The position numbers and the translations under genes were made by a program. A stretch of DNA of 45,512 nt, from positions 1-45,512 of the forward strand of contig JANPNF010000263.1 of assembly GCA_031427315.1 (NCBI GenBank), written 5' to 3'. Positions 38,070 through 45,512 of this stretch are shown here, piece by piece (position 1 is the first letter of the stretch; every line of letters starts with the position of its first letter). Source of the DNA: Burkholderiales bacterium (lineage in GTDB: Bacteria > Pseudomonadota > Gammaproteobacteria > Burkholderiales > Burkholderiaceae_C). A model generated the notes under the pieces. That model ran no database searches. It was not told where the DNA came from and saw nothing but the letters and a program-made list of their open reading frames with translations.

Positions 38070-39197
38070 TTAGTCGGTGTGGGCTGGCACGTGGTCGAGG
38101 GGGGCCACGGTGTCGGCGCCGTCGGCCGCGCACACCCGGTTGCGACCCTGCCGTTTGGCCCGGTACAGGGCAGCGTCGGCGCGCTCGACGGTCGCGAGGA
38201 ACGGTTCGCCGGTCTCCAGCCCGGCGACACCGATCGACACCGTCTTCATCATCGAGAGGCCATCGGGCAGTGGGTGCCGGTGCATCGCCACCGCCTCCAG
38301 CATCTTGTGCGCCACCAGCGTGGCTGAGGCGATGTCGGTCGCCGCCAAGCACACCATAAATTCCTCGCCACCCCAGCGCAGCACGTTGTCGCCCTTGCGC
38401 AGTTCGCGGCGCAGCAGATCGGCCATGCCGCACAGCAGCTGGTCGCCGCAGGCGTGCCCGTGGTCATCGTTGACGCGCTTGAAATGGTCGATGTCGATCA
38501 TCAACACGGCAGCCGGGGGATCGAACGGGCTGCTACGCAGGATCGGCCGCGCAACCACATCGACCGCATGCCGGTTCAGCAGGCCGGTCAGGGCGTCGGA
38601 ATAAGCCGCCTCGCGCAGCAGCGTGCGTTCGGCGGCCACCGACAGCACTGAGCTGAACATGTCCGCCAAGGCCTGGAACAGGCCGATGCCGACCTGTTCG
38701 AAATAGTCCGGCACATCGGCATACAGCGCCAGCAAGCCCCGGTCGGCGTTGACCGTCGAGGCCAACGGCAGTGACACCGCGCTGCGGATGCCGTGCATCG
38801 CCGCCGCCTCGCGCCAGGGGCCGTACAACGACATCCGCGACACATTGAAAGGCTCGACCCGCTTGCCCGCCAACGTGCGGAAGGCCGGGCCGATTTCGGT
38901 CAGGAAGCTGCGATCGATCGCCAGCTTGTGGGCGTAGGCCGCAGCCGGCCCGACGACGATCTGCGGCACGATGGAAGGGGTTTCGACCGGACCGAACCAA
39001 GTCCACGCCAGGCGCACATGCGGCGTGGCCAGCGTCAGTGCCTCGCACACCCGGTGGATGATGTCGCGGTCATTGCGCTGCTCCAGCAGGCGAGACGCGC
39101 TGCGCACCAGCGATTCGGCAACGCAGGCTTTCTCCCGGCTGGCGTCGAAGTGGGGCGTCTCGGCGGGGAGCTGTTGAAAGGGCAGGCGCAGCTTCAT
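38070..39197 (-). CDS. GAF-like sensor diguanylate cyclase (GGDEF domain, GGEEF active site)
   Basis: DALTGLLNRH, IDIDHFKRVNDDHGHACGD, LRWGGEEFMV, RADAALYRAKRQGRNR. The start is MKLRLPF at complement 39195-39197. Confidence 0.85.
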   Translation of the reverse strand: MKLRLPFQQLPAETPHFDASREKACVAESLVRSASRLLEQRNDRDIIHRVCEALTLATPHVRLAWTWFGPVETPSIVPQIVVGPAAAYAHKLAIDRSFLTEIGPAFRTLAGKRVEPFNVSRMSLYGPWREAAAMHGIRSAVSLPLASTVNADRGLLALYADVPDYFEQVGIGLFQALADMFSSVLSVAAERTLLREAAYSDALTGLLNRHAVDVVARPILRSSPFDPPAAVLMIDIDHFKRVNDDHGHACGDQLLCGMADLLRRELRKGDNVLRWGGEEFMVCLAATDIASATLVAHKMLEAVAMHRHPLPDGLSMMKTVSIGVAGLETGEPFLATVERADAALYRAKRQGRNRVCAADGADTVAPLDHVPAHTD

Positions 39198-39366
39198 GGG
39201 AAAGCGGTCATCATGACGACGGTCGCGCCGCGTGGGAGCGACAGTGAAGAATGGACTGCAAGGCAGCTTTATGGAGGCTTCGTTTGGTTGATATCGGCAC
39301 TTTTCGGTCCGACCCAATGGGCGAGCCCATCCGCTCGGCCGTCGGAAGCAGCTTTGCCCTGGCGGA

Positions 39367-39978
39367 ATGCGCCCTCTGAAGCCCCGTCGCTTGCTGGGCA
39401 CGGCACTGGCTGTCGCGCTGTTGTTCAGCGTTCCCGCGGCGGCGCGGGCTCAGCCCGCGCCGCCGCTGGGTGAGTTGACGCTGTATGGCGTGCGCCTCAA
39501 GGGCGCGTCTTTTGAGGCCTTCATTGCGGCGGCGCTGAAGGCTGGCGCCACACCGCTCGCACAGCGCACCGACGGGCCGCCGAGCTTCGACACCCGGGCC
39601 GCTGGCGTGCCAGCGCTGCAGCGCCTGACGGTGGTGAGCGATGCTGCGGGGCTGGTGAGTGCGCAGTTCGTCATCAAGGCGTACGGTCAGGAAAACGAGG
39701 CGCTGCGCCAGTTGCTGGTCAGCAAATACGGATTGCCCACCACCGCCGATGGCGCGCGTCGGCCGTTCCCCGCGTTCGCCGCCCGTTTCGCGCCACGTGG
39801 CAGCTTCGACTGGGATTTCGTCGGCGGCATGAAGCTGATCTACCGTCAGCCGGCACTCGGCGATGCCACGCTGTCGTACACCGATGCCGAGCGGGCGCGG
39901 CGCCTGCCCGTCTCGATCCCAATCCCGATCCCGACGCCCAGCGCCACTGGCCCGGGACCGCTGGTCAACCGGTTTTGA
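39367..39978 (+). CDS. Secreted hypothetical protein
   Basis: Signal peptide MRPLKPRRLLGTALAVALLFSVPAAARA-QP, with a Pro-rich C-terminus (IPIPIPTP). Confidence 0.6.
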   Translation: MRPLKPRRLLGTALAVALLFSVPAAARAQPAPPLGELTLYGVRLKGASFEAFIAAALKAGATPLAQRTDGPPSFDTRAAGVPALQRLTVVSDAAGLVSAQFVIKAYGQENEALRQLLVSKYGLPTTADGARRPFPAFAARFAPRGSFDWDFVGGMKLIYRQPALGDATLSYTDAERARRLPVSIPIPIPTPSATGPGPLVNRF

Positions 39979-40008
39979 GCCCGGCACAGCGGCTGTAGAG
40001 TCCGCTCC

Positions 40009-40566
40009 ATGGTGAACGCCGCGCCGCTGTTCCTCGACGAGCTGACCGGCTTGCACCACCGGGCGTATTTTCTCGATCGCCTCAGTGAAGCTGCCGAGGC
40101 GGCACAGACCGGGCAACACGCGCTGGCGCTGTTGCTGGTGGACCTCGACAACCTGTTTCTGATCAACATGGAGCGCGGTCGGCAACACGGCGACCGGGCA
40201 TTGGTGGCTTTGGCAATGACGCTTCAGCGCTCGGCTCGGCCGGGCGACACGGTGGCGCGGCTCGGCGGCGATCAATTCGTTATGTTGCTGCCGGGCACTT
40301 CGCTGGTCACCGCAACCCAGTTCGCCTGTGGCATCCGCAGCCTGGTCGGCCGCGCGCACGACGTACATCTGGACCTCGGCACGATCGACGTGTGCATCGG
40401 CGTGGCTGCATGCCCGGAACGTGCGCCGTGGCGCGCTCACGAGCTGCTGTCGCTGGCCGACCTGCGGCTGGATTCCGCGAAGCGCTCGCGCCACCGGCCG
40501 GGTTGCCCGCAACAGGTGTGGGCGGGGCCCCCCGAGCTGCCGGACGAAGCCGACGGCGACGGCTGA
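40009..40566 (+). CDS. Stand-alone GGDEF-domain protein with a degenerate GGDQF site
   Basis: DELTGLHHRAYF, LLVDLDNLFLINMERGRQHGD, ARLGGDQFVMLL. There is no sensory domain. Confidence 0.7.
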   Translation: MVNAAPLFLDELTGLHHRAYFLDRLSEAAEAAQTGQHALALLLVDLDNLFLINMERGRQHGDRALVALAMTLQRSARPGDTVARLGGDQFVMLLPGTSLVTATQFACGIRSLVGRAHDVHLDLGTIDVCIGVAACPERAPWRAHELLSLADLRLDSAKRSRHRPGCPQQVWAGPPELPDEADGDG

Positions 40567-40598
40567 GGCACCACGGCGTGCCGGGGCACCGAGTCGGC

Positions 40599-40880
40599 TC
40601 AGTGCGCCAGCGTCAGCTGCCAACGGGCCATCGCCGCTTCGCTGATTTCACTGGCCCGCACCAGGTCGCCGAGGAACAGGTGAGCGGATTGGTCGATGCA
40701 TTGGTGCAGTTCCTTCGAATCGACATACACATGGCGCTCGGGGTCGATGGCCAGCGAGAGCAAGGTGGTGCGTTTGAGCAGGATCGATTGGATGAGTCGG
40801 CAGACCACGTAGTCGAAGACGAGCGACTGGTCGATGCCCACCTTCGCGGCCACGGCAAAAACGATGTGCTCGAGTTTCAT
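40599..40880 (-). CDS. Small hypothetical protein (93 aa)
   Basis: GGAG lies 6 nt before the ATG at complement 40878-40880. No motif recognised. Confidence 0.5.
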   Translation of the reverse strand: MKLEHIVFAVAAKVGIDQSLVFDYVVCRLIQSILLKRTTLLSLAIDPERHVYVDSKELHQCIDQSAHLFLGDLVRASEISEAAMARWQLTLAH

Positions 40881-41089
40881 GAAGACTCCGGTTGGCGCTG
40901 ACAGCCTCAAATCGATGCGGCCGCGGCCGCCATGCCGAAGTTATCGGCCGCGTGGTTTGGCTTATGAGGGTATTCCGCACCGAGCGGCCGGGAAAAGGCG
41001 TGAACGCCGATGTCCGAGTCGTGGGCGCCACCCTGCTTTTTACTGGTCTGGAGGCGCGAAGCGGCGGGTGAGGCCGCACGGGGCAAGGT

Positions 41090-43105
41090 TCATGCAGTGA
41101 TCACCTGGGCCGAAAGGGTGCCACGCAAGGCATTGCACACCATGACGGCTTCAGCGCGAGAAAGGTCGGCGGCGCTGAGGCGGCGTTCCGTGGCCTGCCA
41201 CGACGGATCGGTCAGCACCAGGCCGCGCATCACGCCCGGCAGCGCGCCATCGGCGACCGGTGGCGTGTACCAGCGGCCCGCCAGCTTCAGGAACACCGTG
41301 CTGCGCCCGCCTTCGACCAGCCGCCCGTCCTCGGTGAAGAACAGGCTGTCGAACGCACCGACGTGCTCGGCCGCGCGCACGCCCTCGTCGTAGGGCTGGC
41401 GCAGCGTGGTCTTGTGGGCCGACAAGGGTTGCTTGTTCGGCAGGCGGTGCGGTGCGATCAGCAGCAATACCGCGGCGCCGTCGGGGCCGGGCCGCAGGTC
41501 GGCAAGCGCGGCCTGCGTCAGCTGCAGGCGGCCGTCGTGGGCCAGCGACAGCCGCAGCCGATGGTGCTCGTTTGGGTCGTCGAGCGGGCCGTGCAGGTGC
41601 AACTCAACGCGGCGCTGCGCCGCATCGCGGTCGAAGGTGAAGCCCAGCACCTGCGCGCTGCGGCCGAGTCGGCCCAGGTGCAAATCGAGGTGATCGACGC
41701 CCACACCGCGCGTCGCCCGCATCGTCTCGAACAGCTCGAAGCCCGGTGGCAACCCGGTCAGAAAGCGCGCCTTCAGGCGGCACTCGTCGAACTCCTCGTC
41801 GGCGCGGCTGTCCTGCACGATGCCCGCGCCGATGCCCAGCCGCGCCGGGCGCAGGCCATAGGCCTCGGCACCGAGGGTGATCGTGCGGATCGCGACCGAC
41901 AGGCAGAAGGCGCCGAGCTTGTCATCGCCCTGCGGCGCATCGACCCAGCCGATCGTGCCGCAGTACAGCCCGCGCGGTGTCGACTCCAGTTGGGCGATCA
42001 ACGCCATCGTGTGGTGCTTCGGCGCGCCGGTGATCGAGCCGCAGGGAAACACCGCGCGCAGCAGCGCCGGAAAGTCCACCTCGGGCCGCACGCGCGCCTG
42101 CACCGTCGAGGTCATTTGGAACACCGTCGAGTAAGGCTCGATGGCAAACAGCTTGGGCACCTGCACCGAGCCGGTCTGCGCGATGCGGCCGAGGTCGTTG
42201 CGCAGCAGGTCGACGATCATCAGGTTCTCGGCCCGGTTCTTCACATCCAACGACAGGTGGCGAGCCGTCTCGCTGTCGGCCTCCGGCATGCGGGTGCGTG
42301 ACGCGGTGCCCTTCATCGGCCGTGCGGTCAGCAGCCCGCTCTCGTGGCGCAGGAACAACTCGGGCGAGCACGACAGCACATGCGTCGTCGCGTCCTCGTC
42401 GGGGTGTTCTGCCTCGGCGATCGGCAACTGGATGTAGGCACCGAACGCCACCGGCTGCAGCGCGCGCAAGCGGCGGTACAGCCCCACCGGCGAGCCATAC
42501 GCCTGCCCGTGCAGCCGGTAGCTGTAGTTGACCTGGTAGGTCTCGCCAGCACCAATCGCTTCGTGAATGCGGTGGATCGCCTGCGTGAAGGCCCGCTTGT
42601 CGACACTGGGGTCGAGGTTCATCACGCCAGCGGCATCTTGCACGCTGGCGTTGTCGGCAGACTCCGCGGCCGAGCGCTCTTGCAGCCACTGGTCGGCCTC
42701 GGCGCGCGACAGTTTGGTGCGATCGGCAAACATCAGCACCCGCAACGCTGAGCCGTCGCCGGTGGTCAACGCCTGGTGACCGGCCTGCAGCAGTTTGGCG
42801 CCCCATTCGTAGTCGGCCAGCAACAGCGCATGCAGTCCGCTGCGCAGGTCGGCATCGACGGCGGCCCAGGTGGCCGCGAGGGTGGTCGGGTAAGCGCACC
42901 GGTGCTCGCGCACGAAGCCGCTGTAGGCCCGGCTGGTCGGCCGCTCGGGTGAGGCGTCGCGGTCGTCGAGCAGGGCGACGCAGTGGAGCCCGCTAGGCTG
43001 CGCGGCCTGCCGCACGACCGTGGGCACGCTCAACGCGCCTCGGTGGCCAGCGCCCGACCCAGCAGATCGATCATTGACTGCATCATGGTTTGGTGCGTTG
43101 CCCAA
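41090..43105 (-). CDS. pabB: Fused aminodeoxychorismate synthase component I / aminodeoxychorismate lyase (PabB-PabC)
   Basis: Chorismate-binding core (PYSTVFQMTSTV, FPCGSITGAPK, RGLYCGTIGW) followed by a class-IV aminotransferase-like C-terminal domain. An alternative GTG start at 43027 lies just after the upstream stop and avoids a 76-nt overlap. Confidence 0.85.
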   Translation of the reverse strand: MGNAPNHDAVNDRSAGSGAGHRGALSVPTVVRQAAQPSGLHCVALLDDRDASPERPTSRAYSGFVREHRCAYPTTLAATWAAVDADLRSGLHALLLADYEWGAKLLQAGHQALTTGDGSALRVLMFADRTKLSRAEADQWLQERSAAESADNASVQDAAGVMNLDPSVDKRAFTQAIHRIHEAIGAGETYQVNYSYRLHGQAYGSPVGLYRRLRALQPVAFGAYIQLPIAEAEHPDEDATTHVLSCSPELFLRHESGLLTARPMKGTASRTRMPEADSETARHLSLDVKNRAENLMIVDLLRNDLGRIAQTGSVQVPKLFAIEPYSTVFQMTSTVQARVRPEVDFPALLRAVFPCGSITGAPKHHTMALIAQLESTPRGLYCGTIGWVDAPQGDDKLGAFCLSVAIRTITLGAEAYGLRPARLGIGAGIVQDSRADEEFDECRLKARFLTGLPPGFELFETMRATRGVGVDHLDLHLGRLGRSAQVLGFTFDRDAAQRRVELHLHGPLDDPNEHHRLRLSLAHDGRLQLTQAALADLRPGPDGAAVLLLIAPHRLPNKQPLSAHKTTLRQPYDEGVRAAEHVGAFDSLFFTEDGRLVEGGRSTVFLKLAGRWYTPPVADGALPGVMRGLVLTDPSWQATERRLSAADLSRAEAVMVCNALRGTLSAQVITA

Positions 43106-44142
43106 TGTTCCCGTGCCAGTTGGCGGTGGTGCAGTGCGGCGTCGATGTCGCCCAGCGCCTCGAACACCTGATCGAGCCGCCCGCAGGCGATGGCCAGGTC
43201 TTCCACGTACATGCCGGGGTCGATCAGAGCCGCGGCGGTGTCTGCATCTGCGCGTGCTCCGTTCGCATCACCGATGTGAAAGCGGCACCAGGCCTGGTCG
43301 GACAGGTGCACAGCACGCATGTGCGCCAAGCCTTGACGGTCGGCATCGGCCAAGTGGGTTTCATACAAGGCCAGGGCCTGCGCATGCTGGCCTTCAGCCG
43401 CATACAGCTGGGCGCGCAGGGTGCAGACGAAACTGTCTTGGGGGGCCGACCCGACCCACTGGTCCAAGTTGACTGACGCATCCAGCCACGCCTGCGCGCG
43501 GTGGGCTTCAACACGGTCGACGCTGCCGAAGATCGACGCCCGCGCGGCGTGGTTGCAACGGTGACACGCCATCATGAAAGTGACGATGCTGAGCAGTGCC
43601 TCGTCGGCATCGGCCACCGCATGCTTTCGGGCACGGGTGTACCAAGGCTGCGCGAGGTCAAGGCGGTTGGCCCAGTGATAGCCGGAGGCAGCGACCAGCG
43701 CGGCGCGCGCCTGTGCGGCGTGGTGATCCGGAGCGGCGAGCTGCAGCGCCAGCGTCAGGTACTTCGCCATGTCGTCGAAGTCGTCCTGCATGTAGCCGAG
43801 GTGAGCCAGCCAGGCGGCGCTCAAGGCCTGCAGCGGTTTCAGCCGCGCGGCCGCACTCAGCGCCTGGGCGCGCCGCATCTTGTCGCGGCCGACCGCAGGG
43901 CGGCCGCTGTACTGCTCGATCCACGCCTCGACGATGCAGACCCACACCGTGACGGCCGCCGCCGGCCGATCGGCGAAATTGCGACGCAGGACTTGCAGCT
44001 CCGCGAGGGCCTCGTCCAGGCTGCCTTGCCGCGCCAGCAAACCCGCCCGCTCGGCCCGCACGCACGCCGCATCGACCGGGTGCCTGGAGGCAGCCAGCGC
44101 AGCGTCGAGCCGCGCCATCATCGGCGAAGAGGGCGGCTTCAT
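43030..44142 (-). CDS. Hypothetical helical-repeat (TPR-like) protein, translationally coupled to purC
   Basis: The start ATG overlaps the purC stop (ATGA at 44139-44142). 370 aa, rich in Ala/Leu/Asp/His, with repeated helix-pair character. No catalytic motif recognised. Confidence 0.6.
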   Translation of the reverse strand: MKPPSSPMMARLDAALAASRHPVDAACVRAERAGLLARQGSLDEALAELQVLRRNFADRPAAAVTVWVCIVEAWIEQYSGRPAVGRDKMRRAQALSAAARLKPLQALSAAWLAHLGYMQDDFDDMAKYLTLALQLAAPDHHAAQARAALVAASGYHWANRLDLAQPWYTRARKHAVADADEALLSIVTFMMACHRCNHAARASIFGSVDRVEAHRAQAWLDASVNLDQWVGSAPQDSFVCTLRAQLYAAEGQHAQALALYETHLADADRQGLAHMRAVHLSDQAWCRFHIGDANGARADADTAAALIDPGMYVEDLAIACGRLDQVFEALGDIDAALHHRQLAREHWATHQTMMQSMIDLLGRALATEAR

Positions 44143-45047
44143 CGGGTCAGGCGTTGCAGCGCTTCCCGGTACGTCGCCGCGGTGTGCGCCACCACCGATG
44201 CCGGCAGGGCCGGTGCCGGGGCTTGCTTGTTCCACGGCCTGCCATCGACCACCGCTTGTTCCAGCCAGTCGCGCACGAACTGTTTGTCGTAGCTCGGCGG
44301 GTTGAGCCCGGAGGCAAATGCCTTGTCGTACCCTTCCAGCGGCCAAAAGCGTGAGGAATCTGGCGTCAGCACCTCGTCCATCAGCGTCAGCGTGCCATCG
44401 GCATCGAGGCCGAATTCAAACTTGGTGTCGGCAATGATGATGCCCTGGGTCAGCGCATAGGCGGCGGCAGTTTGGTACAGCGCGATCGCCACCTCGCGCA
44501 CCTGCGCTGCCAGCGGCGCGCCGATGATTTCGGCCATGCGCTCAAACGAGATGTTTTCGTCGTGGTCGCCCATCTCGGCCTTGGTGGCCGGCGTGAAGAT
44601 CGGCTGCGGCAGCTTGGCTGCATTGACCAGCCCCGCGGGCAGCGCTACGCCACACACCGAGCGGCTGCGCTGGTATTCCTTCCAGCCACTGCCCGCCAGG
44701 TAGCCGCGCACCACCGCCTCGACCGGCAGTGGTTTCAAGCGCTTGACCAGCATCGATCGGCCCACCACCTGGGCGCGCTCATCGGCGGCGACCACGCTTT
44801 CCGGCGCCTCGCCGGTCAAGTGATTCGGCACGATGCCCCCCAGCCGCTCGAACCAGAATAGCGTCATCTCGGTCAGCAGCTGGCCTTTGCCCGGAATCGG
44901 CTCGCCCATCACTACATCGAAGGCGCTCAGCCGGTCGCTGGCGATCATCAACAGCCGGTCACTGCCGACGGCATAGTTGTCGCGCACCTTGCCGCGCGCC
45001 AGCAGGGGCAGGCTGTGCAGGCGGCTTTCGAGCAGGGCTTCGGTCAT
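44139..45047 (-). CDS. purC: Phosphoribosylaminoimidazole-succinocarboxamide (SAICAR) synthase
   Basis: [20 protein letters not shown] and [10 protein letters not shown] are canonical PurC blocks. 302 aa. Confidence 0.93.
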   Translation of the reverse strand: MTEALLESRLHSLPLLARGKVRDNYAVGSDRLLMIASDRLSAFDVVMGEPIPGKGQLLTEMTLFWFERLGGIVPNHLTGEAPESVVAADERAQVVGRSMLVKRLKPLPVEAVVRGYLAGSGWKEYQRSRSVCGVALPAGLVNAAKLPQPIFTPATKAEMGDHDENISFERMAEIIGAPLAAQVREVAIALYQTAAAYALTQGIIIADTKFEFGLDADGTLTLMDEVLTPDSSRFWPLEGYDKAFASGLNPPSYDKQFVRDWLEQAVVDGRPWNKQAPAPALPASVVAHTAATYREALQRLTR

Positions 45048-45082
45048 GGCGCGGGGTGGTCGTTGGGTGATTCAGGAAGGCA

Positions 45083-45512
45083 TCAGACCACGGTCTGTGC
45101 CAGCTCGCCTTGGGCGTAACGCGCGGCCACCACCGACAAGGTCTGCGGCTTGATCTTCGCCGCCTGGCCCTCGCAATTGAATTCGAGGTAACGCTGCTTG
45201 CAGATCTGCTTGGCGGCTTCGCGAGCCGGCTTCAGGTAGTCGCGCGGGTCGAACTTGTCGGGGTTCTGCGCCATGTACTGGCGGATGGCGGCGGTCATCG
45301 CCAGGCGCACATCGGTGTCGATGTTGATCTTGCGCACGCCGAACTTGATCGCTTCCTGGATCTCGCTGACCGGCACGCCGTAGGTCTCTTTCATGTCGCC
45401 GCCGTACTGGCGAATGATGGCCAGCAACTCTTGCGGCACGCTGGAGCTGCCGTGCATCACCAGGTGGGTGTTCGGGATGCGTTCGTGGATCTGCGCGATG
45501 CGCGCGATGTCC
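45083..45512 (-). CDS. fba: Class II fructose-bisphosphate aldolase, C-terminal part (gene continues past the right edge)
   Basis: [51 protein letters not shown] is the typical C-terminal region of class II FBA. Confidence 0.85.
   Translation of the reverse strand, partial: DIARIAQIHERIPNTHLVMHGSSSVPQELLAIIRQYGGDMKETYGVPVSEIQEAIKFGVRKINIDTDVRLAMTAAIRQYMAQNPDKFDPRDYLKPAREAAKQICKQRYLEFNCEGQAAKIKPQTLSVVAARYAQGELAQTVV

Noticed and set aside
37661-38230. Extension of the binding-protein ORF to 519 aa
   Set aside because: The twin-arginine-like signal peptide and a Shine-Dalgarno define the start at 37660. The extension would run through the operator/promoter region and the divergent small gene.
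39211-40623. 470-aa minus-strand ORF
   Set aside because: It is antisense to two plus-strand genes that carry a signal peptide and GGDEF motifs, and it is an Arg/Ala-rich shadow.

Overview
GC-rich chromosomal segment whose gene content looks betaproteobacterial (Burkholderiales-like; this assignment is an inference). No rRNA, tRNA, CRISPR array, transposase, integrase or phage gene was recognised. Both ends are housekeeping genes: leuS, a TPP riboswitch with thiC, gph-rpe, an eptA-like transferase, gcdH and fpr on the left, and a GGDEF pair, pabB-pabC, purC and fba on the right. The centre, about 14.9-37.8 kb, is a dense nitrogen-scavenging region made of three modules. (1) A sigma-54-type promoter and a guanidine-I (ykkC) riboswitch precede an ABC permease, an ATPase, two urea-carboxylase-associated (DUF1989) proteins, a 1210-aa biotin carboxylase and allophanate hydrolase. 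This is the known guanidine carboxylase pathway. (2) A second sigma-54-type promoter and a second guanidine-I riboswitch precede nine translationally coupled genes: a binding protein, a His-box membrane di-iron enzyme, two SDRs, an EamA carrier, a creatininase, an Asp-Lys-Cys cysteine hydrolase, an MBL-fold hydrolase and an orphan protein. I cannot assign this set to any described pathway, and it is my best candidate for an undescribed system. (3) A paralogous ABC system with a second creatininase-family protein and a glutamine-synthetase-like ligase carries no riboswitch. It is flanked by two GTRTTAC-N14-GTAATAC palindromes with NikR-operator geometry and by a NikR-family gene whose nickel site keeps only two of its four ligands. 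Sigma-54-type -24/-12 elements lie in front of all four transcription units of this region. Other observations are a duplicated small zinc-ribbon gene found each time just downstream of receiver-domain coding sequence, a decayed GAF/PAS/receiver sensor remnant at the left border, and a possibly frameshifted repeat lipoprotein. All calls come from reading the sequence and ORF translations. No database search or RNA folding was run.
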